Shown piece by piece: positions 1-18,856 of a stretch of 64,000 nucleotides of DNA. The position numbers and the translations under genes were made by a program. Source of the stretch: the human T2T-CHM13v2.0 reference genome, Homo sapiens; assembly GCF_009914755.1 (NCBI RefSeq), contig NC_060931.1. One strand, 5' to 3'. Below the pieces are notes generated by a model that saw nothing but the letters and a program-made list of their open reading frames with translations, was not told the origin of the DNA and did no database searches. How positions within the stretch are numbered: the first letter of the stretch is position 1; every line of letters starts with the position of its first letter.

Positions 1-4745
<4,745 letters not shown>

Positions 4746-5169
4746 TTTTATTTATCACATAGCACCATGCCGAATCAAACAGAGAAAAGGGGTCAGGCTT
4801 GTTCTATTCCATACTGACTGCCCAACAGAATACTTCTCTAAGAAGCAGTGCCGTTGTTTAAAATTAGGTCACTGGGAAAGGGGGCAAGCCTAAGTGATTC
4901 TGATATAAACAGTATAATAACTTACAAAATAATGAAATATTTACCTGCTCAATATATTGTGAAAAACTGCAAAGAAGTATCAAGCAACGTTTTTATAACT
5001 TGATAGTTGTGCCCAGCATAAGTCACATCTAAAAATCCCAAAGGAAACAAGGAAACTCTCAAGTAAAAAACAAATAAACAAATACTGCCTTCACTTGATT
5101 GCTTTTCCATGTCAGGTATTTCAGAATCAGATCCTGCCTTTCTTCACCACCACAGCCACTGCGCATGGC

Positions 5170-5242
5170 TCCACACAGGCACGTGGTAGGTGTTTGATAA
5201 TATTTCATGAAAAAGTCAATGAATGAATGAATGAATATGAAT
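5170..5242 (+). mobile_element. L2 3' end fragment
   Basis: ggcacgtggtaggtgtttgataatatt...gaatgaatgaatgaat resembles the L2 terminus. Confidence 0.5.
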
Positions 5243-5829
5243 GTTAAAAGGATTTTTCTTCTTTTAGTTGGATACTTTTTAGCGCCTAAGAAGATGGACT
5301 GTTTCTGTTTTCTATGTGTATTTTTTCCCTCTGAAAAAGATGTAATCAATAATAGAAACATCTCATTTGCATGCATTCGGATTTTATTGTTGGGCGTTAA
5401 ATGTTTATCTAACTTTTTTAGAGCCTGGGATTAATGCACAGTTTGCTTCTGTCTCACTGTAATGCCAAGAGGGGTCAGATGACTGACAATAGGTTCTGAA
5501 CATCTGAATACTTCTGCATGTTACTTCTCCTATCACTACTCTGAAACTAAAGACTATCTCTGACACATGAAAAGCTTTGCAATGATACCTTCCCTGGGCC
5601 CACTTATTCCTTAAAATAGCATCTTTTGGGTGTCAATCAAGTATCTTTAGAAATGGCTTCCTGACCATGCTAGACTTCAGAATATCTTTAACTGAATATG
5701 ACGACTTGTTTGATAGTCCTGTGGACTTTCCATGTTTTCTAATTATTCTCTCTTTGACTCTGTCCCCTTTCCCTCCATTCCAAGAATGACAACACTGTTT
5801 CCCTCATCATACTCCAAGCCCAGAGACGA

Positions 5830-5990
5830 GGCTACAGAACTGGAAGAAGCCTGAGATTTGGAGGCTTGTCTACTGGCTGTTTGACAGACCAAACTCTCTG
5901 TACCTCTCTAAGTCCCAGCTCCTGAATTTATAAAATGGTGATAACAATGCTTGTTCCTAGGGATTACTTGAAGACTGAGCTCAACTATGC
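5830..5990. mobile_element. MIR fragment
   Basis: ctctaagtcccagctcctgaatttataaaatggtgataacaatg...ggattacttgaagactga resembles the MIR core. Confidence 0.5.
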
Positions 5991-6311
5991 AGCCTGTCTT
6001 GCATGTTACCAAACCCACACTAGGTATTCATTTGCTCTGGCCAAACGGGAAGGTGAATATTACCATGAAGAATTACATTATCCTGAGATCACCCTATCTG
6101 CTAGTCATAGCCTTTTTCTTAAGTATTTCTTATTATTCCAGTTCCACCTTTGAGAGAGCCCTAGGTTTCCTTGCCATTGCTTCCTGCTTTGTGGTTGAAT
6201 CTTGGCTCCCACATTGGCCAGCATAGGTCTTCAGCCAAGCTAAAACCAGGTAATTTGGGTTTTTCAGTAGTTCCCAGTGAATAAAATTAAATACATCAAG
6301 AACATAAATTT

Positions 6312-6647
6312 GGCTGGGCTCGGTGACTCACACCTGTAATCCCAACAATTTGGGAGGCCAAGGCGGGCAGATCATCTGAGGTCAGGAGTTCAAGACCAGC
6401 CTGGCCAACACGGCGAAACCCCATCTCTACTAAAAATACAAAAATTAGCTGGGCATGGTGGTGCGTGCCTGTAGCCCCAGCTACTTGGGAGGCTGAAGCA
6501 TGAGAATCACTTGAACCCAGGACACGGAGACTGTGGTGAGCTGAAAATGCACCACTGCACTGCAGCCTGGGCAAAAGAGTGAGACTGTATCTTAAACAAA
6601 CAAACAAACAAACAAAAAACATAAACATAAAAAAAGAAAAACAAAAC
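6312..6647 (+). mobile_element. AluS element with (CAAA)n tail
   Basis: ggctgggctcggtgactcacacctgtaatccca...; dimeric structure and A-rich tail. Confidence 0.95.
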
Positions 6648-7189
6648 ATCTACAACACGCTCAACTCTGTACCATTATCCTGTCTCTGAAAATAATGACA
6701 GCAGGCTCATGGGCATGAGCCAAGAACCCTCCCTCCACTTGTCTCCTTATTGAGACAGCCTTGTACCATTCCTCTGGTCTGGAAAGCTGGGGAGTGAAAC
6801 ATTTCTAGAAAAAGTAAAAGCAATTATACCCAGAGTAAGTAAGACTCGGAAGTCTGAAATCATGCTATGCCTCCAGATTTTACTCCATGCACAGTAGGAT
6901 ACTCAGATTTGCAATTCCTCCTCATGTTCTGTGCCCGTCCAAGTTTGGGGTAATTCAGTTACACCCACTGCTTTCATCAGTACACAGTTACAAAACTTTA
7001 TTCAAATATAACATGAGAAACCAGGCTGTCCATCACAAAATTCACATATCAAAAATATACCTTTATAACTGTTAGGAGGAACAAAAGCCATGATTCTCCA
7101 ATGGTAAAAAAAGCATTTATCATGGTCAAGAGACTATTTAAACCAGAACTAAAAAAAGCTCTTTACTCATGTGAATTACAAGAAATGAT

Positions 7190-8740
7190 TAAAAGCCACT
7201 ATGTGCTAGGCTCTGTGCCAGGGGCTAGAATATAAATGAACCTTGGTGCCTGCTCACAAGACATTTACAATCAATTAGGGGAAATAGAAAGTAAATACAT
7301 TTAAGGTTGTACAATGTTCTAGGATTTAAATTGTGTGTCCACGGTGCAAAGAGAGTGGATGGAGTCATCCGGGTAGAGGGTCAGGAAGTCTTCTTCAGAC
7401 AGAACATGGCCTTTGCCATGAGGGCTGTCCAACAGGCACATGATGTGGGACAGGCACTCAAGCAGAAACAAGAACGGGAGCAAAGACACAGTGGTAGAGA
7501 CTTGCCTGGCTAGTTTGGCCTACCATCATTTATATAGACAAAGGCTACTATGGTGGTGGGGGGATGGAAAGAGGGAAAGGGAAGTTGGTAGCAAGAGATA
7601 AAGCCACAGAGATAGGCTGTGGGCCAGGCATGGTCCCTTGAAGCACTCGGAACTCTGTTTAGGAAGATCATCCTAGCAACTGGCACGGAAGATGGGTTTG
7701 AAGGTTCCAGACATTAGCAAGGAGGCCACTAAGATAATATTGTGACAATACAGAAGAATGAATTGGAGGGAATAAGAATGCTTAAGGAGTTAGAATATAG
7801 ATTGTGATGTCTACGTGGGTCTCAGCTCAGCCACCCAGATCTCACTGCCTACAGCATATGTCCTCCTAGACAGATGTCCCACATGCATGTAAGAGTCTGG
7901 ATGGTCCAAATGCCTGCCCCTTCACAGACCTGCATTATCTGTTTCCTTAATGGCACCACTGTCTACCTCCCACTCAAGGCAGAAACCTCCCTCTTCCTCG
8001 GAGAAGGTCAAGTTGATTTTAGTTCCAGAGTAACTCATTCAAACTGCTCCATTTCATTGCCACTCCCACTCCCCTAGTTCAAGTTATCTCCATTTCTCTA
8101 TAATTTCCCACATTTTATTTTTGCCTCTGGTCTTGATTTCTCACATTGGTTTTCTAGCGGGACAGTGATTTGTCTAAACTTAATTCTCATCTTGATTTAA
8201 AACACTTCAGAAATTCTTCACTGCCTTTAGGTCCAACAGACCTCTTCAGATGGCTTAAGACATCCCCACTGAAGTAGCACATTTGCCTCACAAGCCATGC
8301 CCCGTTTGCCAGTCCCTGCCCTGGCCATCCTATACTACTGTGGCTCCCTGAACAAAGCATGCACCATTGTACCTTTGCTCTCATGGTTCCATCCACATGA
8401 GGTAGTACTCTCCATCTCTTCCCTTCACCTAGTTAACTAGTACTATTCAACAGTTCTGAGCCTAGATGTCAATTCCTCCAGGAAGCTTTCCTGACCTGAC
8501 CCCCACATCTGTGTTGGTGACTTTCCTCTGTGTTCCCAGCATACTCAATCAAGACACATGACAAGTGACTTGGAAACTGCCTGGTATTTGTCTCTTCACC
8601 CCCCACCCCACCACCACCACCTCTACTTTTGATCTCTAGACAGTGAACTCCTCAATGTCAGGACCCATGAGCAACTTGTTTTCTTGAGGAATCCCCATCC
8701 TTTGGCTCATGGCTGGGCATTTGATGGTTACTTAGGAAAT
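7190..8740. mobile_element. Degenerate L2 fragments (about 7190-7790 minus, about 7820-8740 plus)
   Basis: cactatgtgctaggctctgtgccagggg; tcctccaggaagctttccctgacc; ctagacagtgaactcctc; boundaries approximate. Confidence 0.45.
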
Positions 8741-10394
8741 GTGCAGCCTGAGGGACTGAGACAAGCAAAGGTCCAGAGACAGAGTCCTGGGGGCCTGTGC
8801 ATTTCATGGGCAGGTGGAGGAGAAACCTGCCAGAGAGACTAAGAGCAACGGTCAGCAACAGAGCCAAGACAGATCACTGGCTGCTGGGCAAGAGAGGACT
8901 GGTCACTAGAGAGTGTCAGGTGTCAAGGGCAAGGCCAACGAGACAAAGGATGAGGAAAGTGCTCTGCATTTGGCAATACAGCTTCCAGAAAGCAATGGAG
9001 AGAAGTCTTGGAGCAGGATGCTGAAAAGTGAGTGGCAGGCAAGTTGAACACAGGGCAAAAAACAACTTGGGAACATATGGCTAGAAAGTGGGTGAGGGAC
9101 CATGATACCTGGGAGTGACAAGGGCAACGAGGGAATATTTGTGCATATATACATGTGTTTGTGTGTGTGTGTGTTACAATTTTTTTTTAATCTCAACTAT
9201 AAATCTGACTGGCAAAGAGAGTGAATAGTGAGGCTATATTCAGGTACAGAATAAGCATTTATCAAATGAAAGATATAAATAATAAATGAAAAACTGCATT
9301 CATAGAGAAGATATACATCCTCAAAAAGGCGGATTTTTATCAAAATGCAAATTGAAAAGATTGAGCCCATCTTTATGTTTCAGAAAAGACCATTGAGCTC
9401 ATGAATCAAAATTTAATTAGCTGCCCAGATCACTATTTTCACTACCTACAGCACTACTGCCATATCATGGAGATATCTATTGTCAAAGTCACCCTAAAAT
9501 TTCCTTGCAGAGATCTTCAGAATTTATATATGCTCTACTAACCCCATGCATTCACATAAATAGCCTTAGCTTTCTATCTAGTAAATGCCCCAAAGTCAAA
9601 TGGGACACAGAAAAAATTAGGGAAAGGACACTTCTGAGAAATCAACAAAGTCATCTGAGATACAGGAAAGTCTAACCAATAAAGAAAAGTGCATGTGGAC
9701 CAAAAGCCACACTTCTCTTTACAAATAGGTTTTTTCTTTTAAGTCCTGATCAAATATAAAGTTTTGTCAGGCTGCCATGGTATTCATTTCACTTACAATG
9801 TTTAAAGAACACATTGAGGAAAACAGGCTTAAAACATTAAATTACTTTTCATGAGACATATGCTTCTTATGCAATTAACAATACATTCAGCATCAATAAG
9901 CTCCAATTTTAGAAACACTCATCCATGAACATTAATCAGTTAGTGGTAAATTCAATTTCTACTTAGCTTCTACTTTTCACGCTCAACTCTCCAAGGCTAT
10001 ACTACATGGTATCTCAAAAATATTAATTTACTTACTACAAAAGCAGATTACATTATTAGAAATCATCTGTGCAAAAAATATATTCGCATATAAGTCAAAC
10101 CAAAGTTTTATGGAAAAACAATTTTCTTATGTGGGACTGTATTTCTGACCAAACACCTGATCCCAAACCTTTCAGAGAAATGACAATAAAATTCTCTATA
10201 TATTCAGATTACAAATAATATTTCAGAATAGGTCAAAGCTTCCCAAACTCCATATATATAGAACAACACACAGATTTAAAATATATTTCCTAAAGAGAAC
10301 TCAGTGATCTGGCATGGCCTTATTCAAGGAGGTCACTGCTGGGTGGTACAGTTTTTCACTGTGCCGACGGTCCCATAGATTACAGATTTTGGCC

Positions 10395-10492
10395 AGTAGC
10401 ACACCACTAGGCATGGTGACAACTGAAGAAACACGCCCACACATTGCCAAATGCTCTCTAGGGGAATAAATACTGTCCCAGCTAAGAACCAT
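10395..10492. mobile_element. MER20-like hAT fragment
   Basis: gtgacaactgaagaaacacgcccacacattgccaaatgctctctagggg...taagaaccat resembles the MER20 end. Confidence 0.55.
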
Positions 10493-11526
10493 CAAGTCTC
10501 TCTGGTTTACAGAGGAAACATGAGGCCAGACCAAAGGAAATGCCCACACTGACATCACTAGATGATGATAGTGCCAGGCTCGAACCCAGGTCTCCAGGGA
10601 GCCAGTGCTACAGAGAATCCAACAGAGAATATGAGATTAATGGACATGCTCTTACCATATTTTAAGTTCAGCCTTACTCTTCCTGATTTAGGCAACTTGT
10701 TCATCAAATACTTTCTAAGCTTACATCTAGTCATCATTTTAACCACTCACCAATTCCCCTGCCCCATTTATTCATATCCTTCCCTGATCTCAATCTTGGA
10801 TCTACCTCATCCTGACTGAATCTGGGTTCTTCACCCTGAGGACAGGGGAGAGGTGTCAGCACAAATCCAGGGCTCCAACCGAGCAGCCCTGATAGATGAG
10901 AGCCTTCTCCACCACTGTCGCCTTAGGCTTCCATTCATTTATTCTCCATGCCAGCAATGCCCAGTCAGCGGATGGCATCTTCAGCAGGTGGCATCTTCCA
11001 TTTCACAGAGAAAATAGAGTCCCCCACTTCCTTCTGCTCCACCCACAAATTAATCTACCTTCGTGACTAGAATTTGACGAGTCTGACGTGAAATGTAAGA
11101 AGGCATTTCTCTGCCTTCCCCATCTCTCCCATTTTTCTCTTTGTTTCTGTTTATCTTATTGTTCCTCCAGTGTCAGACTCAACAGCCTCTGAATTTGGAG
11201 TCATGCAAGTTTTTGGTAGGTAGTTCATTTTTGTTCCTTGTTATTTAAGAGTTTTTGTCATAATTCAATATTGGACTATATGAAATGTTTTCCTAGTATC
11301 TACCGTATTTTTTAATGTCATTGAAAGAAAAAAATTAAAAGTTAAAATCCTCATTTCAGTCCCCTGATTGATCTCACTTAATTCTGATTTTTTTTTTTTT
11401 TTAGTTTACTAAGAAAGACAGAAAATATGGGGTCACTCATCTAAAGGTAATCCCTCCGTATTTGTGAGTTTGAAATTAACATTGAGTAGGAAACACACAA
11501 TATCTGAAAAGGGGCTTCTTGCTTAC

Positions 11527-11631
11527 CCGGATGTAGGCATCTTGGTGGTGCTTGGCAAAGTACAGCATGTTGTCCAGAGCCAACATCCCAGGTGGAGTCT
11601 GCGTGAAGTCCATGGCAGGGTTGACATGATT
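11527..11631 (-). CDS. ELMO1: Internal coding exon of ELMO1 (engulfment and cell motility 1), ELMO domain; 105 nt, phase 0/0
   Basis: Reverse complement reads ...gattttgttttactcacAG|aat cat gtc aac cct gcc atg gac...tac atc cgg|GTaag. It translates to [35 protein letters not shown] (35 aa), which I recognise as ELMO1. Canonical AG acceptor and GTAAG donor. Too short to appear in the ORF track. Confidence 0.95.
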
Positions 11632-12287
11632 CTGTGAGTAAAACAAAATCATGATAAGGTGAATTCTTCAGCAGATTTTACCAACCACCAGAGATCTGAT
11701 TTCCCTCCTCAAGAGTGAAGTGCTACAAGGTAAGGTCCAAATAATCAAACATGATGACATTTTCTATCTCCATGTAAACCTACTGAGGTGGATGCAGGGA
11801 CTTCTTTCTACTGCTCCTCAGGACAGCAAAACCAGATTTCATACCTGGGATTAGGAAACCAAGCTAAATATTCAAACATAGGATTATTCTTAGACATGTG
11901 ACATTGTGAGAAAAAGAAAATGATGCAAAAATTATTTCTGGTGGCTGCACTAAAATGAAACCAACAGCATTTGGGTAGAAAAAAACTGGGATAAAGCCAC
12001 ACCTCTGGTATTTAATTTGGAAGCTGACTCCAAGGAAACCACGACCTACCCACACCTTGACTCCGCATCCTTACGTGGGAGGTTAAATACAGCCCCATAC
12101 ATTGATGGGCTTTGTGAACTGTCCAGGGCTACACAGTCCACAGGCCTCTGAGCACAGACACTGGATAAAGTTCAGATATCCACAGGGTCCTGACATCTGC
12201 CTGCTCTCAGGAAGTCTGAGAACCTTCCTGTCTGGTCTTTAGGGTCACCACACACAACACACAGAACCCCAAAGATTAAATAATAGC

Positions 12288-13465
12288 TACAGATATGCAG
12301 AACTCAAACACCTCAGCAACACAAAAAACAATCCAATTTAAAAGTGGGCAAAGGACATGAATAGACATTTTTCAAAAGAAGACATACAAATGGACAACAA
12401 GCATATGGAAGAATGCTCAACGTCAGTAATCATCAGAGAAATGCAAATGAAAACTACAATGAGATACCATCTCACACCAGTCAGAATGGTTACTAGTACA
12501 AAGACAAAGAATAACAGATGGCAAGAAAAGGGAAAAAAGAAAATGCTTATATACTGTTGATGGGAATGTAAATTAGTACAACCTCTATGGAAAACACTAT
12601 GGAGATTTCTCAAGAACTAAAAATAGAACTACCATTAAATCTAGCAATTCCATTACTGGCTATCTACACAAAGGAAAAGAAATAATTGGCTGGGCATGGT
12701 AGCTCATGCCTGTAGTCCATTTTGGGAGGCTGAGGCAGGTGGATTATGAGGTCAGGAGTTTGAGACCAACATAGTAAAACCCCGTCTCTACTAAAGATAC
12801 AAAAAATTAGCTGGGTGTGGTGGCACGCGCCTGTAATCCCAGCTACTCGAGAGGTGGAGGCAGGAGATTAGCTTGAACCTGGGAGGCGGAGGTTGCAGTG
12901 AGTCGAGATCACGCCATTGCACTCCAGCCTGGGCAACAGGGCAAGACTCCATCTCAAAAAAAAAAAAAAAAAAGAAGAAATCATTATACCAAAAAGTCAT
13001 CTGCACTCGTATGTTTATTGCAGTACTATTCACAATAGCAAAGATATAGAATCCACCTATGTGTCCACCAATGGATGACTGGATAAAGAAAATGTAGTAC
13101 ATATACATAATGGGATACTATTTGGTCATAAAAAAAGAATGAAATCATATCTTTTGTAGCAACATGGATGGAACTGGAAGCCATTATTTTAAGTGACATA
13201 ACTCAGAAACAGAAAGTCAAATGTCACATATTCTCACATAGAAGTGGGAGCTAAATGATTTGCACACATGGGCATGGAGTGTGGAATGATAGACAATGCA
13301 AACTCAGAAGGCTGGGAATTGGTGGGATGATGAGAAATTGTTTACTGAGTACAATGCACTATGTAGGTGATGGATACACTAAAATCCCTGACCTCACCAC
13401 TATTCAGTGTATCCATGCAACAAAAATTATACTTGTACCCCATAAATTTACCCAAATAAAAAATA
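12288..13465 (+). mobile_element. Old L1 3' end (L1MA/L1PB4-like) interrupted by an Alu
   Basis: [12 protein letters not shown]...RYHLTPVRM is the ORF2 C-terminus; 3'UTR ends ...ttgtaccccataaatttacccaaataaaaaa. Confidence 0.85.
12688..12975 (+). mobile_element. AluS with small left-arm deletions
   Basis: Alu dimer; TSD aagaaataatt / aagaaatcatt. Confidence 0.93.
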
Positions 13466-15940
13466 GTTACAAATATGCCTAAGAGGAGAAGGCCGGGCTG
13501 ATCTGAACTCTCCATCTACTTGAGATCACCCAGCAAAAACATCACTAGATTCTTACTAAGATTAGCAATCTACTCTTCACCATTAATTACTGAAAACAAT
13601 GACCAGGAACTATCCTGAAAATGCACATCTGCCAGTTTTTCCAAGATGGTGGATAGGAGGAAGGACTAGTTGCAGCTTCCATTTGGAAGGATAGAGTAGC
13701 ATGTGGAGACTTACATCATGAACTTTTGTTCCAAGAACAACCGCAGGAACATACCAGGAAAGCTGAGATAATTCACAGACCCTTTGAAGGAACTGGATCA
13801 CCACCGCAGGCTCCCTGGGAGGCAACCAGCACACTAAACAAAAACACAACCAAGGACCCGCACAGAGTCCACTTCACTCCCCTGCTAACTCCACTGAAGC
13901 AGGTGCAGGTATCAATGGCTGCAAGACCTGAAGACTGATCATATCACAGGACTCTGCAGACACTTGCCAGTACCAGCATGGAGCTGGGTAGCTCTGCTGG
14001 GTGGCTAGACCCAGAAGAGCAAAAACAATCACTACATCTTGGCTCTTAGGAAGCCACATTCCTAGGAGAAGGGGGAGAACACCACATCAAGGGAGCACCC
14101 TGTAAGACAAAAGAATCTGAACAGTAGTCCTTGAGTCTCAGATCTTCCCTCTGACTTAGTCTACCCAAATGAGAGGGAACCAGAAAAACAATTCTGGTAA
14201 TATGACAAAACAAGGTTCTTTAATATCTCAAAAGATCATACTAGCTAACCAGCAATGGATCCAAACCAAGATTAAATATCTGAATTGCCAGAGTAAGAAT
14301 TCTGAAAGTGGATTATTAAGTTACTCAAGGAGGCGGCAGAGAAAGTTGAGGTCCAATTTAAAGAAATAAAAAACAGGATACAGTATATGAAAGAAAAATT
14401 CTTCAGTGAAACAGCATAAATAAAAACAATCAGAACTTCTGGAAACCAAGGACACACTTAGAGAAATGCAAAATTCACTGGAAAGTAACAGCAGTAGAAT
14501 TAGCAAGCAAAATAAAGAACCTCAAAGCTCAAAGACAAGGCTTTCGAATTAACCCAATCCGTCAAAGACAAAGAAAAAAGAATTTAAAAAATGAAAAAAG
14601 CCTCCAAGAAGTATGGGACTATGTTAAACGTCCAAACCTAAGAATAATTGGTGTTCCTAAGGAAAAAGAGATATCCAAAAGTTTGGAAAACATATTTCTG
14701 GGAGTAATTGAGGAAAACTCCCTCAATTACCTTGCTAGAAATCTAGACAACCAAATACAAGAAGCCCAAAGAACACCTGGTAAATTCATCACAAAAACAT
14801 CATCACCTAGGCACATAGTCAACAGGTAATCTAAAGTTAAGACAAAAGAAAATCTGAAGAGCAGTGAGGCAAAAGTATCAGGTAACCTATAACGGAAAAC
14901 CTATCAAATTAACAGCAGATTTCTCAGCAGAAAACTTACAAGCTAGAAGGGACTGAGGTCCTATTTTTAGCCTCCTTCAACAAAACAATTATCGGCCAAG
15001 AATCTTGTATCCAGTGAAACTAAGCTTCATAAGTGAAGGAAAGATACAGTCTTTTCCAAACAAACAAATGCTGAGAGAATTCGCCACTACCAAACCAGCA
15101 CTACAAGAACTGCTAAAAGGAGCTCTAAATCTTGAAACAAATCCTCAAAAAAAAAAAGAAAAAAATAGAACCTCCTTAAAGCATATATCTCAGAGGACCT
15201 TAAAGCATAAATCTCACAATACATACATGTTGTGTATATAACAATAATACAATGAAGAAAACACAAAGTATTCAGGCAACAAATAGCACAATGAATAGAA
15301 CAGTACCTCACATCTCAATACTAGCATTGAATGTAAATGGCCTCAATGCTTCACTTAAAAGGTACAGAACGGCAGAAATGATAAGAATTCACCAACCAAG
15401 TTTCTGCTGCCTTCAAGAGACTCACCTAACACATAAGGACTCACATAAATTTCAGGTAAAGGGTAAAGGTTAAAAGATATTCCATGCAAATGGACAACAA
15501 AAGCAAGCAGGAGTAGCTATTCTTATATCAGACAAAACTAACTTTAAAGCAACAGCAGTTAAAAAAGACAAAGAAGGACATTATATAATGGTAAAAGGAC
15601 TAGCCCAACAGGGAAATATCACAATACTAAATATATATGCATCTAACACTGGATCTCCCAAATTTATAAAACAATTACTACTAGACCTAAGAAATGATAT
15701 AGACGGCACCACAATAATAGTGGGGGACTTTAATACTCCACTGACAGCACTAGAAAGGTCATCAAGACAGAAAGTCAACAAAGAAACAATGGACTTAAAC
15801 TATACCCTACAACAAATGGACTTAATGGATATTTACAGAACATTCTACCCAACAACTGCAGAATACACATTCTATTCATCAGCACATGGAATGTTCTCCA
15901 AGACAGATCATATGATAGACCACAAAAGAAGTCTCAGTAA

Positions 15941-16236
15941 TTTTTTTTTTTTTTGGAGGCAGAGTCTCACTCTGTCACCAGGCTGGAATACAGTGGTGCA
16001 ATCTCGCTCACTGCAACCTCCACCTCCCAGGTTCAAGCAATTCTCCTGCCTCAGCCTCCCGAGTAGCTGGGAATACAGCCACGTGCCACCATGCCTGGCT
16101 ACTTTTTGTATTTTTAGTAGAGACAGGGTTTTGCCACGTTGACCAGGCTGGTTTTGAACTCCTGACCTCAGGTGATCCACCCACCTCGGCCTTCCAAAGT
16201 GCTGGGATTACAGGCGTGAGCCACTGTGCCTGGCCC
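15941..16236 (-). mobile_element. AluS inside the L1PB ORF2
   Basis: Poly-T followed by Alu reverse complement; TSD aagtctcagtaa on both sides. Confidence 0.95.
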
Positions 16237-18493
16237 AAGTCTCAGTAAATTTAAGATAACTGAAATTATATCAAGTACTCTCTCAGACCACAGTGGAATA
16301 AAATTGGAAATCAACTCCAACAGGAATCCACAAAACCATGCAAACACATGGAAATTAAATAACCTGCTCCTGAATGATCACTGGGTCAACAGAGAAATCA
16401 AGATGGAAATTAAAAAAATATTTGAACTGAATGATAATAGTGACACAACCTATCAAAACCTCTGGGATATAGCAATGGTTGTGCTAAGAGGAAAGTTCAT
16501 AGGATTAAATGCCTACAGCGGAAGTCTGAAAGAGCACAAACATGGACCTGGAGAAACAAGAACAATCCAAACCCAAACCCAGCAGAAGAAAAGAAATAAT
16601 GAAGATCAGAGCAGAACTAAATGAAATTGAAACAAACAACAACAACAACAAAAATACAAAAGATAAATGAAACGATATGCTGGTTCTTTGAAAAGATAAA
16701 AAAAAAAAAGAAGATAGACCATTAGTGAGATTAACCAAAAAAAGAAGAGAGAAGATCCAAATAAGCTCAATTGGAAACAAAATGGGAGATATTACAACTG
16801 ATACTAGAGAAATATAAAAGATTATTCAAGGCTTCTATGAACACCTTTATGCATATAAACTAGAAAGCCTAGAAGAGATGGATAAATTCCTGGAAATATG
16901 CAACTTTTCTAGATTAAACCAGGAAGATATAGAATCTCTGAGCAGACCAATAACAGGCAGTGAGATTGAAATGGTAATAAAGAAAATTTCCAACCAAAAA
17001 AAGTCCAGGACCAGATGGATTCACAGCTGAATTCTATCAGACATTCAAGTAAGAATTAGTACCAATCTATTGACACTATTCCAAAAGATAGAGAGAGAGG
17101 GAATCCTCCCTTAATCGTTCTATGAAGCCAGTATCATCTTAATACCAAAAACCAGGGAAGGACATCATAAAAAAAGAAAACTACAGACCAGTATCACTGA
17201 TGAACACAGATGCAAAAATCCTCAATAAAATACTAGTGAACCAAATCCAACAGCGTATCAAAAAGATAATCCACCATGATCAAGTGGGTTTCATACCAGG
17301 GATGCTGGGATGGTTTAACACATATAAGTCAATAAATGTGATACACCACATAAACAGAATCAAAAACGAAAATCATATGATCATCTCAACAGATGCAGAA
17401 AATGCATTTGACAGAATCCAACATCGCTTTATGATTAAAACCCTCAGCAAAATCTGCATAGAAGGGATATACCTTAAGGTAATAAAAGCCATTTACAACA
17501 AACTCACCATCAACATTCTACTGAATAGGCAAAAGGTGGAAGCATTCCCCCTGAGAACTAGAACAGACAAGGATGCCCACTTTCACCACTATTCAACATA
17601 GTACTGGAAGTCCTAGCCAGAGCAATCAGACAAGAGAAATAAATAAAGGGTATCCAAATCAATAAAGAGGAAGTCAAATTGTCACTGTTTGCTGATGATA
17701 TGATTGTATACCTAGAAAACCCTAAAGACTTATCCAATAAGCTCCTAAAACTGGCAAATAAATTCAGTAAAGTTTTAGGATACAAAATTAATGTATGCCA
17801 ATCAGTAGCTCTGCTATATACCAACAGTGATCAAGCTGAAAATCAAATCACTCAACCTCTTTCACAATAGCTGCAAAAAAATAAAATACTTAAAAATATA
17901 CCTAACCAGGGAGGTGAAAGACCTCTACAAGGAAAACTACAAAACACTGCTGAAAGACATCATAGACAACACAAACAAATGGAAACACATCCCATGCTCA
18001 TGGATGGGTAGAATCAATATTGTGAAAACGACCATACTGTCAAAAGCAGTTTACAAATTCAATGCAATTCCTATCCAAATACCACCACTGCTCTTCAGAA
18101 AACTAGAAAAAATAATCCTAAAATTCATATGGAACCAAAAAAGAGCCCACAGAGCCAATGCAAGACTAAACAAAAAGAACAAATCTGGAGGTATCACATT
18201 ACTCAACATCCAACTATACTATAAGGCGACAGTCATCAAAACAGCATGGAACTGGTTTAAAAATAGGCACATAGACCAATAGAATAGAATAGAGAACCCA
18301 GAAATAGAGCCAAATACTTACAGCCAACTGATCTTTGACAAAGAAAATAAAAAAATAAAGTGGGAAAAGGACACCCTATTCAACAAATGGTGTTGGGATA
18401 ATTGGCAAGCCACATGTAGAAGAATGAAACTGGATCCTCATCTCTCAACTTACACGAAAATCAACTCAAGATGGATCAAATACTTAAATCTAA

Positions 18494-18856
<363 letters not shown>

